Shown here piece after piece: positions 56,115-64,000 of a stretch of 64,000 bases of DNA. The notes under the pieces were generated by a model. That model ran no database searches. It worked only from the letters and a program-made list of their open reading frames with translations, and was not told the DNA's origin. This DNA comes from a bacterium. Lineage in GTDB: Bacteria; UBA8248. Positions within the stretch are counted from its first letter, which is position 1; the number at the start of each line of letters is the position of its first letter. The stretch lies in NCBI GenBank assembly GCA_965204535.1, contig OZ241996.1, forward strand, positions 1,024,001 to 1,088,000, given 5' to 3'. A program made the translations under genes and the position numbers.

Positions 56115-56884
56115 TTTTTCGGTAAAAACGCGACCATCCTCACGATACAGCCGTCACCGCCCGTCCAGCGCCAGGGAAATGCAGCCAGCGCGAATCGTTT
56201 GCCCACGACCTTGGCGATGTCACCCCCTACGTTCTCGAAGCCTACGATGCCGTTTCCCAGTAACGCGCGGTGGCAGGGCTCCCAATGAGGGAAGGCCTCG
56301 CTCGTGGGGCGGTCGAAGCGTTCTTCGTATTCCTTAAGAGTGAACGGGCAGATAGGCTGGGGTCCCCAGGCGATTTTCGTCCCCAGCGGATGGTCGAGCG
56401 CCTGCTGATCCACACCTACGCCCTTCACGTTACGCTCCACGAACCATTCGCCCGCCTCCTTGTAGAGACCGGGGGAGTAGATGAAGTATTTGGTGTTGTC
56501 GCCGTAGTAGCGGTGCCATCCGGTGTGGACGATGACGATGTCGCCCGGTCGAATCTCCGGCCTCGCGTTTTCGAGGTCCTCGGGCGTAATGACTTCCCAT
56601 TCCTCCTTGGGAATATCGACGCACACGGCGTTGCCGAAATAGCTTCGCAGCGGCACCTCGTCAATGAACGGCGTGCCCTCGATGACATGCGCCGGGGCGT
56701 CGGTGTGAGTTGTGCAGTGCATGAACGTGGTGATTTGCTGGCTCAGCACCTGACTTTTGGCGTGATAGTGGAACCTTTCGATCTTGACATCCGGAAAATA
56801 TGGCCAAAGCGGGGCACCATGTCCCCAGGGGTGACTTAAGTCGAGAATCTCATAATCATCCAGGCGGTCTGTGTCGATTATCAT
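56111..56884 (-). CDS. Cyclase-family (kynurenine formamidase-like) metal hydrolase
   Basis: DLSH, H..TH.DAP.H, GDIVIVHTGW, GVD....DH, H..LL, EN. ATG 56884 after AAGGA. Confidence 0.88.
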   Translation of the reverse strand: MIIDTDRLDDYEILDLSHPWGHGAPLWPYFPDVKIERFHYHAKSQVLSQQITTFMHCTTHTDAPAHVIEGTPFIDEVPLRSYFGNAVCVDIPKEEWEVITPEDLENARPEIRPGDIVIVHTGWHRYYGDNTKYFIYSPGLYKEAGEWFVERNVKGVGVDQQALDHPLGTKIAWGPQPICPFTLKEYEERFDRPTSEAFPHWEPCHRALLGNGIVGFENVGGDIAKVVGKRFALAAFPWRWTGGDGCIVRMVAFLPKN

Positions 56885-57006
56885 GCTATATTCGTCCTTC
56901 CAGTAGGGGTGTGAGAAATTTTCAGGTTTTGAATTCGAGAAAATGTAGCAAAGATTCGAAAACGCCGCCATGAAGACGTGCTTTTCGTAGCGATGAAAGG
57001 GAAATC

Positions 57007-57243
57007 GTGGAAACTCATGAGTGCCCCGCGTGCAGCTTGCGGTTCCGGCATGCGCAACCCAATGCGTGCACCGCCTGCAGCCGGGTGCATTGCCGCAACT
57101 GCCTAAAAGTGTTCAGGGACGAGATGGAAGAAGAGCCGGAGGGACGCTTTATTATTTTGTGCTTAGAGTGCGAGGATTCCATCTCCTGGCGGATGGATGC
57201 GCAGGAAGTTTCAGCGTCGACCTGGTCGGAATACAGTGGATGA
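57007..57243 (+). CDS. Small 8-cysteine zinc-finger protein of unknown function
   Basis: Four CxxC pairs in 78 aa. GTG start after AAAGGG. Fills the gap between the cyclase gene and the tRNA. Confidence 0.7.
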   Translation: METHECPACSLRFRHAQPNACTACSRVHCRNCLKVFRDEMEEEPEGRFIILCLECEDSISWRMDAQEVSASTWSEYSG

Positions 57244-57318
57244 GCCGCGCACGCAGCGAAAATGCGGGGCGCATCTTGCCAGAAGGCATGAGGAGAGGCT
57301 AAGTTACATCCTCTTTCT

Positions 57319-57405
57319 GCCGGAGTGGCGGAATTGGTAGACGCAGTGGACTCAAAATCCACCGGGGGCAACCCCTTGCCGGTTCGAGTCCGGCCTCCGG
57401 CACCA
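57319..57405 (+). tRNA. tRNA-Leu (anticodon CAA)
   Basis: GCCGGAG/CTCCGGC acceptor stem, GTGGA-CTCAAAA-TCCAC anticodon arm, long variable arm, GTTCGAGTC T-loop and encoded CCA. Confidence 0.97.
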
Positions 57406-57452
57406 ACTTGCGTTTCGTCCAAGAGGTTTTTCGATAGGACAAGAAAGTCTCC

Positions 57453-58559
57453 ATGCGCGTACCCCTTTATGACTTGAAAGCCCAAAACGGGCCGCTGAAA
57501 GCGCAGATTCTGGCGGCAGTAGACAACGTGATGACCCACCAGAGGTTCGTTATGGGTGAGGAGATCGGCGTTTTCGAGTCCGAAATGGCGGCCTACTGCG
57601 GCGCAGGGCACGCCATCGCCGTCTCCTCGGGCACGGGTGCTCTGCTGTTGGCGCTGATGGCGAACGACGTTCGCCCGGGAGATGAGATAATCACTTCGTC
57701 GTTTACATTTTTCGCCACCGCGGGCGTCATCCATCGACTGGGCGCGAAACCGGTTTTCGTGGATATCGACCCCGAAACGTTCAATCTCGCTCCTGGGCGT
57801 CTTGAAGAGGCCATCACGCAGAATACGAAAGGGGTCATGCCCGTTCATATGTACGGCCGCTGCGCTCAGATGGCGGAGATTCTCGAAGTAGCCGACCGCT
57901 ACCGGTTTTTCGTTGTGGAAGATGCCGCCCAAGCCGTCGGCGCGCGGATCAGTCTGGGTATGGCCGGCGCCATGGGGGATGTGGGCTGTCTGTCGTTTTA
58001 CCCGACCAAAAACCTGAGTGCGCTTGGCGATGCCGGTATGGTTTTGGCCAAAGACGGCGCGCTGGCCGAGCGTATGCGTAAACTCAGGATTCACGGTTCA
58101 CCCGATAATTCCGAATATCGCGAGGTGGGCGGTAACTTCAGGATGGATACGATGCAGGCAGCGGTTTTGTCCATCAAACTACAGCGCCTGGAAGAGTGGA
58201 ATGCAAAAAGACGGCAAAACGCCATGAAATATCAGGAACGGTTCGAGAGCAGTGGGATTATGGGGGAGCGGTTCACACCACCCTTGATTCCGAATGAGGG
58301 CCATGTGTTTCACCAATATGTGGTTCGCACACCGGAGCGCGACGCGTTGCAAGAACATTTGTTGCGAAACGGCGTTGGTTGCGCTGTATATTATCCCTCT
58401 CCTTTACATCTCCATCCCTGTTTTGACGGTTATAAAGAGGGGGATTTTCCCGAGAGCGAGGCCGCAGCGGCCCAGGTTCTATCGCTTCCCGTCTATCCGG
58501 AATTGTCAGATGAGGACCTGGATTTTGTGGCCGATACTGTGATTCGATTTTTTGAATAA
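57453..58559 (+). CDS. DegT/DnrJ/EryC1/StrS-family aminotransferase
   Basis: SSGT.AL, FTFFATA, PVHMYG, EDAAQA, SFYPTKNL, N.RMD, VLSLP.YP. Confidence 0.95.
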   Translation: MRVPLYDLKAQNGPLKAQILAAVDNVMTHQRFVMGEEIGVFESEMAAYCGAGHAIAVSSGTGALLLALMANDVRPGDEIITSSFTFFATAGVIHRLGAKPVFVDIDPETFNLAPGRLEEAITQNTKGVMPVHMYGRCAQMAEILEVADRYRFFVVEDAAQAVGARISLGMAGAMGDVGCLSFYPTKNLSALGDAGMVLAKDGALAERMRKLRIHGSPDNSEYREVGGNFRMDTMQAAVLSIKLQRLEEWNAKRRQNAMKYQERFESSGIMGERFTPPLIPNEGHVFHQYVVRTPERDALQEHLLRNGVGCAVYYPSPLHLHPCFDGYKEGDFPESEAAAAQVLSLPVYPELSDEDLDFVADTVIRFFE

Positions 58560-58590
58560 AGTTTACGCTATGTTCGTGCAGGCCGTTGAT

Positions 58591-58956
58591 TCAGTTTTTC
58601 CACGTCAGATAGAGCAGCGCCAGAAGAAGTCCCGCCACTCCGAACCAGAGGATCTTCCCTTCTGTTTTGAGGTAGTTCCGCCACTCCGCCCTGTCGTCCT
58701 CGGTGAATGGCTCCCTGCGCGTCCCGTCATCGTGCGGGCCGGTGATTTCCTGATATAAATCCTTTTCCCCCGGGGTGTCTGATTCTTGTTTCTGGCGGTT
58801 TTGCGCCGTCCAGTTCAAAAGGGCGAAATAGGCGAGAAAAACGGTTATCGCCAAAAGCCCCGTAATTCGGGCGGCAGTGTGATCTCCGAACATCCAACTC
58901 CCGATTCCCACGCCTAGAATGACGAGAAGAAAAACCGGGGAACAACCGGTGAGCAT
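58591..58956 (-). CDS. Hypothetical membrane protein
   Basis: Three hydrophobic segments, RBS AAGGA, co-oriented with plsY. Confidence 0.65.
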   Translation of the reverse strand: MLTGCSPVFLLVILGVGIGSWMFGDHTAARITGLLAITVFLAYFALLNWTAQNRQKQESDTPGEKDLYQEITGPHDDGTRREPFTEDDRAEWRNYLKTEGKILWFGVAGLLLALLYLTWKN

Positions 58957-59015
58957 ATTTTCTCCAATTCCTTATGAACAAGGATTCTCGGTTTTCCGAA
59001 ATCTGAAAAAAGGAC

Positions 59016-59624
59016 TCACCCCTTTTTCTGCCCGATGCGATTTTCCTCCCCCTGCAACAATCGCCCGATATTGTCCTGATGTTTCCAAACCACCAACAAG
59101 GAGATGAGTACGGACGAGGCGCAAACCACTGTGGAGTAGTTCATCCAAAAGCCCGCGACCGGCACGGCCGCCGCGGCGAACATGGAACCGAGGGACACGT
59201 ACCGCGTCACGGCCACCACGAAAATGAAGACCAACGCGGCAATGGCCGTAGGCCCTGGGGTCAGGAGGGCGAACACGCCCAGGCCGGTGGCCACTCCCTT
59301 GCCCCCGCGAAACCCCGTGAACGGCGAATACATGTGCCCGAGAACCGCCGCAAGGGCGGCGATGGGCTCCAGGGAGGGGACGGAGACGCGCGAAGCCACA
59401 TAACGGGCGAAAAGGATGGCGGCGACGCCTTTGAGCACATCAAGCAAGAGGGTGAAAATACCGCTTTTCCAGCCACTCGATCTCAAGACGTTTGTCGCGC
59501 CAATGTTGCCGCTTCCGGATTTTCGCGGGTCCTCGGCGCCGAGCAATCGGGTGATCACCACCCCGAAGGGTATGGCTCCCAAGAATCCACCGACCAGAAC
59601 GACGAGGGAAAAAGCGCCCATCAA
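59016..59624 (-). CDS. plsY: Glycerol-3-phosphate acyltransferase
   Basis: GSGNIGATNVLR, D.LKG, GH.YSPF.GFRGGKGVAT, KH..NI.RL..G.E. Confidence 0.96.
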   Translation of the reverse strand: MMGAFSLVVLVGGFLGAIPFGVVITRLLGAEDPRKSGSGNIGATNVLRSSGWKSGIFTLLLDVLKGVAAILFARYVASRVSVPSLEPIAALAAVLGHMYSPFTGFRGGKGVATGLGVFALLTPGPTAIAALVFIFVVAVTRYVSLGSMFAAAAVPVAGFWMNYSTVVCASSVLISLLVVWKHQDNIGRLLQGEENRIGQKKG

Positions 59625-60235
59625 GAGATAGCTCGAATGATTTGCCGGAAATAATCAACCGCAGAAACCACCGCCGCTATCATGGCGGCCCAAATCAAAA
59701 TGGTGCCTAGCGGCGGGAAAATACTCAGGATGAGGAAAAAAATCGCCGTGACCTCCAGACCCATCTTGATTTTGCCGAGAAAGCCCGCCGGCACCACCAG
59801 TCCTTGGCGTATGGCCACGGCGCGAAAAGCCGTCACCAGAAGCTCCCGACCCAGCAGGATGCCCACGACCCAGGCGTCCACTTTTCCCAGCGATACCAGG
59901 GGGATTAAAGCGGCGACGATAAGCAGCTTGTCGGCCACGGGGTCGAGGATCTCCCCCAGAGGGGTGATCTGGTCGCGCGTTCTAGCTAGGTGGCCGTCGA
60001 GCCAGTCCGTAAAGGCCGCCATGACGAACAGGCCGGCCGCAAAGTATTGCGCGGGGGGCGAGCCTTCGAGCAAGAACATGACGAGCAATGGAACCATCAG
60101 GATGCGAGCGAGAGTCAGGCTGTTCGCGAGCGTGAATTTTTCTCCGGTTCCGCTCGCGATAAGGCGCGAGGCGGCTTCTCGCCAGCTTTCGGGAGAAGCG
60201 TCAGATTTTTGTGGTTCTGCCTCGGACATCGTCAA
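59621..60235 (-). CDS. pgsA: CDP-diacylglycerol--glycerol-3-phosphate 3-phosphatidyltransferase
   Basis: N.LTLAR, TDWLDG.LAR....T.LG..LDPVADK, RE..V, GKIK. Confidence 0.95.
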   Translation of the reverse strand: MTMSEAEPQKSDASPESWREAASRLIASGTGEKFTLANSLTLARILMVPLLVMFLLEGSPPAQYFAAGLFVMAAFTDWLDGHLARTRDQITPLGEILDPVADKLLIVAALIPLVSLGKVDAWVVGILLGRELLVTAFRAVAIRQGLVVPAGFLGKIKMGLEVTAIFFLILSIFPPLGTILIWAAMIAAVVSAVDYFRQIIRAIS

Positions 60236-61221
60236 CTCAGAAAATCATGCAGTGTCTGGTGGCTGCCTTCCGCGCGAAAGCGGTTTATCACTTTTTTCTC
60301 TATTTGCCTGATTCTTTCACGCGATAACCCGAGCTTGCTCCCGATTTCTTCGAGCGTCATCGCCTCTCCGTCGAAGCCGTAGCGCATACGAATGATGTCA
60401 CGCTCTCTGGGGTCGAGTTCTGCAAGCAAGTCCTCCACTTCCTCTTCCAGAGAGTGCTGTACCACGTTTTCCTCCACGGATGCGGTGCTTTGCTCTTCGA
60501 GTAAATCGAGATAGCTGGTGTCGTCGTCGGGGGAGACGGTGGCATCGAGAGAAAGGTATTTCCGGTTCACGCGAATGAGTTTCTCGATGTCCGCCACTTT
60601 TATGTTCAACCGTTCGGACAATTCGAATGTTGTTGGTTCACGCCCGAATTCCTGCCGGAGCTTCTCGTACATGATGGAGATTTTGTGCAGAAGACCGGCC
60701 TGCTTGACGGGCAGTCGGACGGTGCTCCTCTGATTCGCGAGAGCGTGCATGATGCTTTGGCGAATCCACCATACGGCGTAGGTAATGAGTTTTACGCCGC
60801 GTTCCGGATCGAAGCGTTTGATCGCGTTGATCAACCCGATATTTCCCTCATTTATCAAATCCTCGAGTGAAAGCCCGAAACCCTTGTAGCGATTCGCCAC
60901 GTTGACGACGTATCTTAGATTCGAACGAACGAGTTTGTTGAATGCTTTTTCATCCCCTTCGCTGGCCGCGAGGGCGAGCGCGTGCTCTTCGTCGCGCGTG
61001 AGAATGGGGTGGGCGCCGATATTTCTCAGGTAGAGGGACAGTGTATCCACGGCGGGGGAGTCGGGCGCGCCTTCGTCCGAATCACCGGGTGAATCGGAAA
61101 ACGCGGGAGTATTCTCCGTTTCGTTTATCGTGTAGGAATCCGTTTCTTTCGTATCGGGGGCCTCATCGCGTCCGGCAGGCGAAGTTCTGTCCTCGGACTC
61201 GCCTTCGTTCGGCTCAGCCAT
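60232..61221 (-). CDS. RpoD/SigA-family alternative sigma-70 factor
   Basis: Region 1.2 YLR.IG..PILTR.EE, NLRYVV.VA, DLINEGNIGL..AI.RFDPERG.K..TYAVWWIRQ, HTH TLEEIG..LGLSRERIRQIEK. No region 1.1. Confidence 0.93.
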   Translation of the reverse strand: MAEPNEGESEDRTSPAGRDEAPDTKETDSYTINETENTPAFSDSPGDSDEGAPDSPAVDTLSLYLRNIGAHPILTRDEEHALALAASEGDEKAFNKLVRSNLRYVVNVANRYKGFGLSLEDLINEGNIGLINAIKRFDPERGVKLITYAVWWIRQSIMHALANQRSTVRLPVKQAGLLHKISIMYEKLRQEFGREPTTFELSERLNIKVADIEKLIRVNRKYLSLDATVSPDDDTSYLDLLEEQSTASVEENVVQHSLEEEVEDLLAELDPRERDIIRMRYGFDGEAMTLEEIGSKLGLSRERIRQIEKKVINRFRAEGSHQTLHDFLS

Positions 61222-61272
61222 CGAGAATCACTCGAATGCAGCCGGGTTGTTTGGGCAAGATGAGTTGAATCG

Positions 61273-62046
61273 TCATTTTTCACTCGTGAGCGCTAGAAGC
61301 CTGCTATATGCAGGGGAAGCGTACTGGTCATCGGGGTACGACTCCAAGAGTGAGCCATAGGCTTCTCCTGCTTTCTGGAAGCTTTCCTCTATTCTGTAGC
61401 TTTCCCCCAGCTTGTACATGGCTTCAGCGCGTACGTGGGGGACATCTTCAAAATCCCGGATAATTTCCCTGTAGCGCGGAATCGCGGAGACTCGTAGATT
61501 CGTCCTGAAGTAAAAATTCGCGATAAACAGAGCGTTTTGGGCGAGATGTTGCCTTAACTCCAATATCTTCTGCTTTGCATCGGTCGTGTATTCCGAGCCC
61601 GGGAAGCGGCTCACAAGAGTCTGAAAGTTTTCGAGCGCATCTCTTGCGACGGATGCGTCCTGGTCAATGTCGAGATTCCTTTGATAATCGCTCATCGCGA
61701 GGAAATAGTACGCTTTCGGCGTTCCGGCGCTTACTGGATAGAGACGCACGTATTCAGCGTATTGCAGCTTCGATTCGATGTATTCTTCCGCGTGGTAGTA
61801 TGAATCGCCTAATCGCAACAGCGCGCTTCGGCGGTGTTTGCTGTCGGGATATTCCTCCAGCAAGCGCTTGAACGCAAGGCGCGCCGCCTCGAAACGCTCG
61901 GCCCGTAAATCCTCCTCGCCGATGACGAGCAATTCTCCGGGCGATGCCTGTTGCTTGGGACGGGAGACGCATCCACTCAGGATGAGAAGCACGCAAACCA
62001 AGGAGAAAACAACTGTCATGAGGTCGTGTGTAGCGCGATTGAACAT
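61273..62046 (-). CDS. bamD: Outer membrane protein assembly factor BamD
   Basis: Lipobox ILSGC, TPR-like units with YP.S, DQ....A...F..L..RFP.S.Y, IA.FY. Confidence 0.9.
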   Translation of the reverse strand: MFNRATHDLMTVVFSLVCVLLILSGCVSRPKQQASPGELLVIGEEDLRAERFEAARLAFKRLLEEYPDSKHRRSALLRLGDSYYHAEEYIESKLQYAEYVRLYPVSAGTPKAYYFLAMSDYQRNLDIDQDASVARDALENFQTLVSRFPGSEYTTDAKQKILELRQHLAQNALFIANFYFRTNLRVSAIPRYREIIRDFEDVPHVRAEAMYKLGESYRIEESFQKAGEAYGSLLESYPDDQYASPAYSRLLALTSEK

Positions 62047-62140
62047 CGTATTCTCTATTGAAAAGAAATGGCGCCCGGCAACTCTGGTTCACTTCGAATC
62101 TTAGGAGAGCACCGAAGCAGGTGTCAAGAAACCTTTGATT

Positions 62141-63937
62141 CTAGCGGCGAACGATGAGTTTCTCTCCGGGAAAAATTTTGGCCGAGGCGCTCAGCCGATT
62201 CCACGTGAGGAGAGATTTTGTTGAAATTCCGTATCGTTTGGCGATAAGCCAGATGTTCTCTCCCGGACCTACGAGATGGTGCAATGGTCTATCCGGATTT
62301 TTTTTCTCGCTTTTTTCGACCTTCGTAAGGCGTTTTGGGGAAGGGAGGTGAATTTTCATGCCGATGCGCAGGCGTTTTGGATTGAGGCCGGTATTGATGC
62401 GCATGAGTTCCTGGGTGGAGGTGCCGTATTTTCGTGCGATTAACCAGAAATTTTCACCTCGTCGTACGACATGCAACTGCGGCGTGGGAGTGTTCCCATT
62501 TGCCGATGCGGCGTTTTGTAGTGGCGCCTTCATTTTTTTGGGTGATTGGGGAAGGAGAATTTTGGCACCCACTTGAAGTTTTCTGGGATGGAGATGGGTG
62601 TTCATCTCGAGCAGCCTGTCTAACGGGACTCCGAGTCTTTGTGCGATGGCGCCAAAAGTATCACCCGGCTGTATGCGGTAACCGTTCGGAGAGGCAAAAT
62701 GCCTCTCGGTGAGTTTCGCGAATTTTGCGGCAAATTCATTTGCTTCTTCGTCCGGCAGAAAAAGATGGTATCCATTGCCCGGGGGTGTGACGGAGGTTCT
62801 CAACTCCGCATTGATTTCCCTCAGAGTGCGCAGCGAGACGTTCGAAATACGGGAAATCGCTCTCAAGCTGGTACCATGCGAAAGTTTGACGGTTTTGAAG
62901 GCCCAGGGGTTCTCATAATCGATGCCCACGAATCCGAAAACTTCCGGGTTTTTGGCGATAATCATCCCTGCCAGGTACTTGGCGACGTAGTTGCGGGTTT
63001 CGTTGGGCAAGTATCTCGTTCTGGCCAGTGACCAGTAGTCTTTTCGCTTCGACCTGCGAATGGCCCTGGCGATGCGGCGTTCTCCCGCGTTGTATGCGGC
63101 GAGCGCGAGGTGCCAGTCGCCGAAGTCCCCATAAAGTTTCGAAAGGTATGCCGCGGCCGCTCGGGTGGACTTCATCGGGTGGCGGCGCTCATCAAGGTAA
63201 TAATTGATTTTCAGGCCCATCCGCCTCGCTGTGCCAGGCATGAACTGCCAGGGACCGACCGCACCGGCTCTGGAGCGCGCCTTCGGGCTGAATCCGCTCT
63301 CGATCAGAGAGAGATATGCCAAGTCCTGCGGCAGTTGGTGTTCCTTCAGAATTTCTCGGAACAATTTGATATAGCGTCCCCCCCTGCCCAACCAGACGGA
63401 AAAACTGGCGCGTCCAGGACCCGTGAAGTACTCAATCCACCTATCCACGATGGCGTTTCGGACGACGGGGACATCATACAAAAAAGCCTTTGGTTTCTTG
63501 GTTTCCGGCGTCAGGGGAGACTTGAGGAATTCTTCGGTTTCAGGTACCGGCAGACTGATGTCATGAGGAGAAGGTTCAGAGTCCTTAACCGTCTTTTCAT
63601 CTCTTGATTCTTCAGTATCCGGCTGCTTGGCGACTTTATCGGCTTCGTTGTCTTTCGGTTGTATGGACGCCAAGGCCTTTGGCGATTCTTTTTGAGCGGC
63701 TTCAGGTCGCTCGGGCGCTATGCGTTTTGGAGAGAGGAAAGCCGTCGTTTCTCGAAGTAGGGCAGAGGTCCTCTCTTCGATGGAAACGGCGCTGGTCAAT
63801 TTTTTCGAAGTATCAACACTCGCCTGGATGGAGCCATCGCCTGTCAATTTCTTCGGCTGAATTTCATTTTGAGCGACGGGTGCTGTGCTGCAGCCTGCTG
63901 TGAAAACGCAGATCAGGAGAAAACATCTTCGATTCAT
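62141..63937 (-). CDS. mltD: Membrane-bound lytic murein transglycosylase D (SLT domain plus three LysM)
   Basis: Lipobox FTAGC, IESGF.P.A.SRAGAVG.WQFM..T, AAYNAG, ETRNYV and three LysM repeats. Confidence 0.93.
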   Translation of the reverse strand: MNRRCFLLICVFTAGCSTAPVAQNEIQPKKLTGDGSIQASVDTSKKLTSAVSIEERTSALLRETTAFLSPKRIAPERPEAAQKESPKALASIQPKDNEADKVAKQPDTEESRDEKTVKDSEPSPHDISLPVPETEEFLKSPLTPETKKPKAFLYDVPVVRNAIVDRWIEYFTGPGRASFSVWLGRGGRYIKLFREILKEHQLPQDLAYLSLIESGFSPKARSRAGAVGPWQFMPGTARRMGLKINYYLDERRHPMKSTRAAAAYLSKLYGDFGDWHLALAAYNAGERRIARAIRRSKRKDYWSLARTRYLPNETRNYVAKYLAGMIIAKNPEVFGFVGIDYENPWAFKTVKLSHGTSLRAISRISNVSLRTLREINAELRTSVTPPGNGYHLFLPDEEANEFAAKFAKLTERHFASPNGYRIQPGDTFGAIAQRLGVPLDRLLEMNTHLHPRKLQVGAKILLPQSPKKMKAPLQNAASANGNTPTPQLHVVRRGENFWLIARKYGTSTQELMRINTGLNPKRLRIGMKIHLPSPKRLTKVEKSEKKNPDRPLHHLVGPGENIWLIAKRYGISTKSLLTWNRLSASAKIFPGEKLIVRR

Positions 63938-64000
63938 GGGTAAGATACCTTCTCCCCGATTTTGGGTATTCTCTCATGACGTTCGGGAGTGACGGAACAA

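Noticed and set aside
57319-58600. tRNA-Leu as the attachment site of an integrated island
   Set aside because: No integrase lies nearby and I saw no duplicate of the tRNA 3' end in the window.

Overview
A 64-kb chromosomal segment of a high-GC diderm bacterium (BamD, MltD, a GT9 heptosyltransferase, IHF), made up mostly of housekeeping genes. These include carA(end)-carB, tal, gdh, a NodIJ-like ABC transporter, alkA-like glycosylase, dgt, degP, lepA-lepB, rsmA, icd-mdh-fumarase-sucCD-ndk, uvrA-truA, trpEGDC, pheA-hisC-tyrA-cmk-rpsA-ihfB, miaA-aroK-aroC, nadX, ilvE, tRNA-Leu(CAA) and a minus-strand mltD-bamD-sigma70-pgsA-plsY cluster. I found no CRISPR array, prophage or recognisable multi-gene defence system. 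The non-routine signal is mostly intergenic. (1) A complete IS1182-family element separates carA from carB and sits in the loop of a palindromic repeat. A family of non-autonomous elements with the same ends and 5-bp target duplications carries different palindromic repeats as cargo. (2) At 7.5-9.4 kb there is a cluster of toxin-antitoxin remnants in which every toxin is broken, two antitoxins are intact and GTAG-type REPs mark several junctions. (3) Smaller points of interest are a candidate single-Trp attenuator upstream of trpE, a small protein with FYVE-like 8-Cys spacing, and a lower-GC housekeeping block. All calls come from reading the sequence and motifs by eye; no searches or computations were run.
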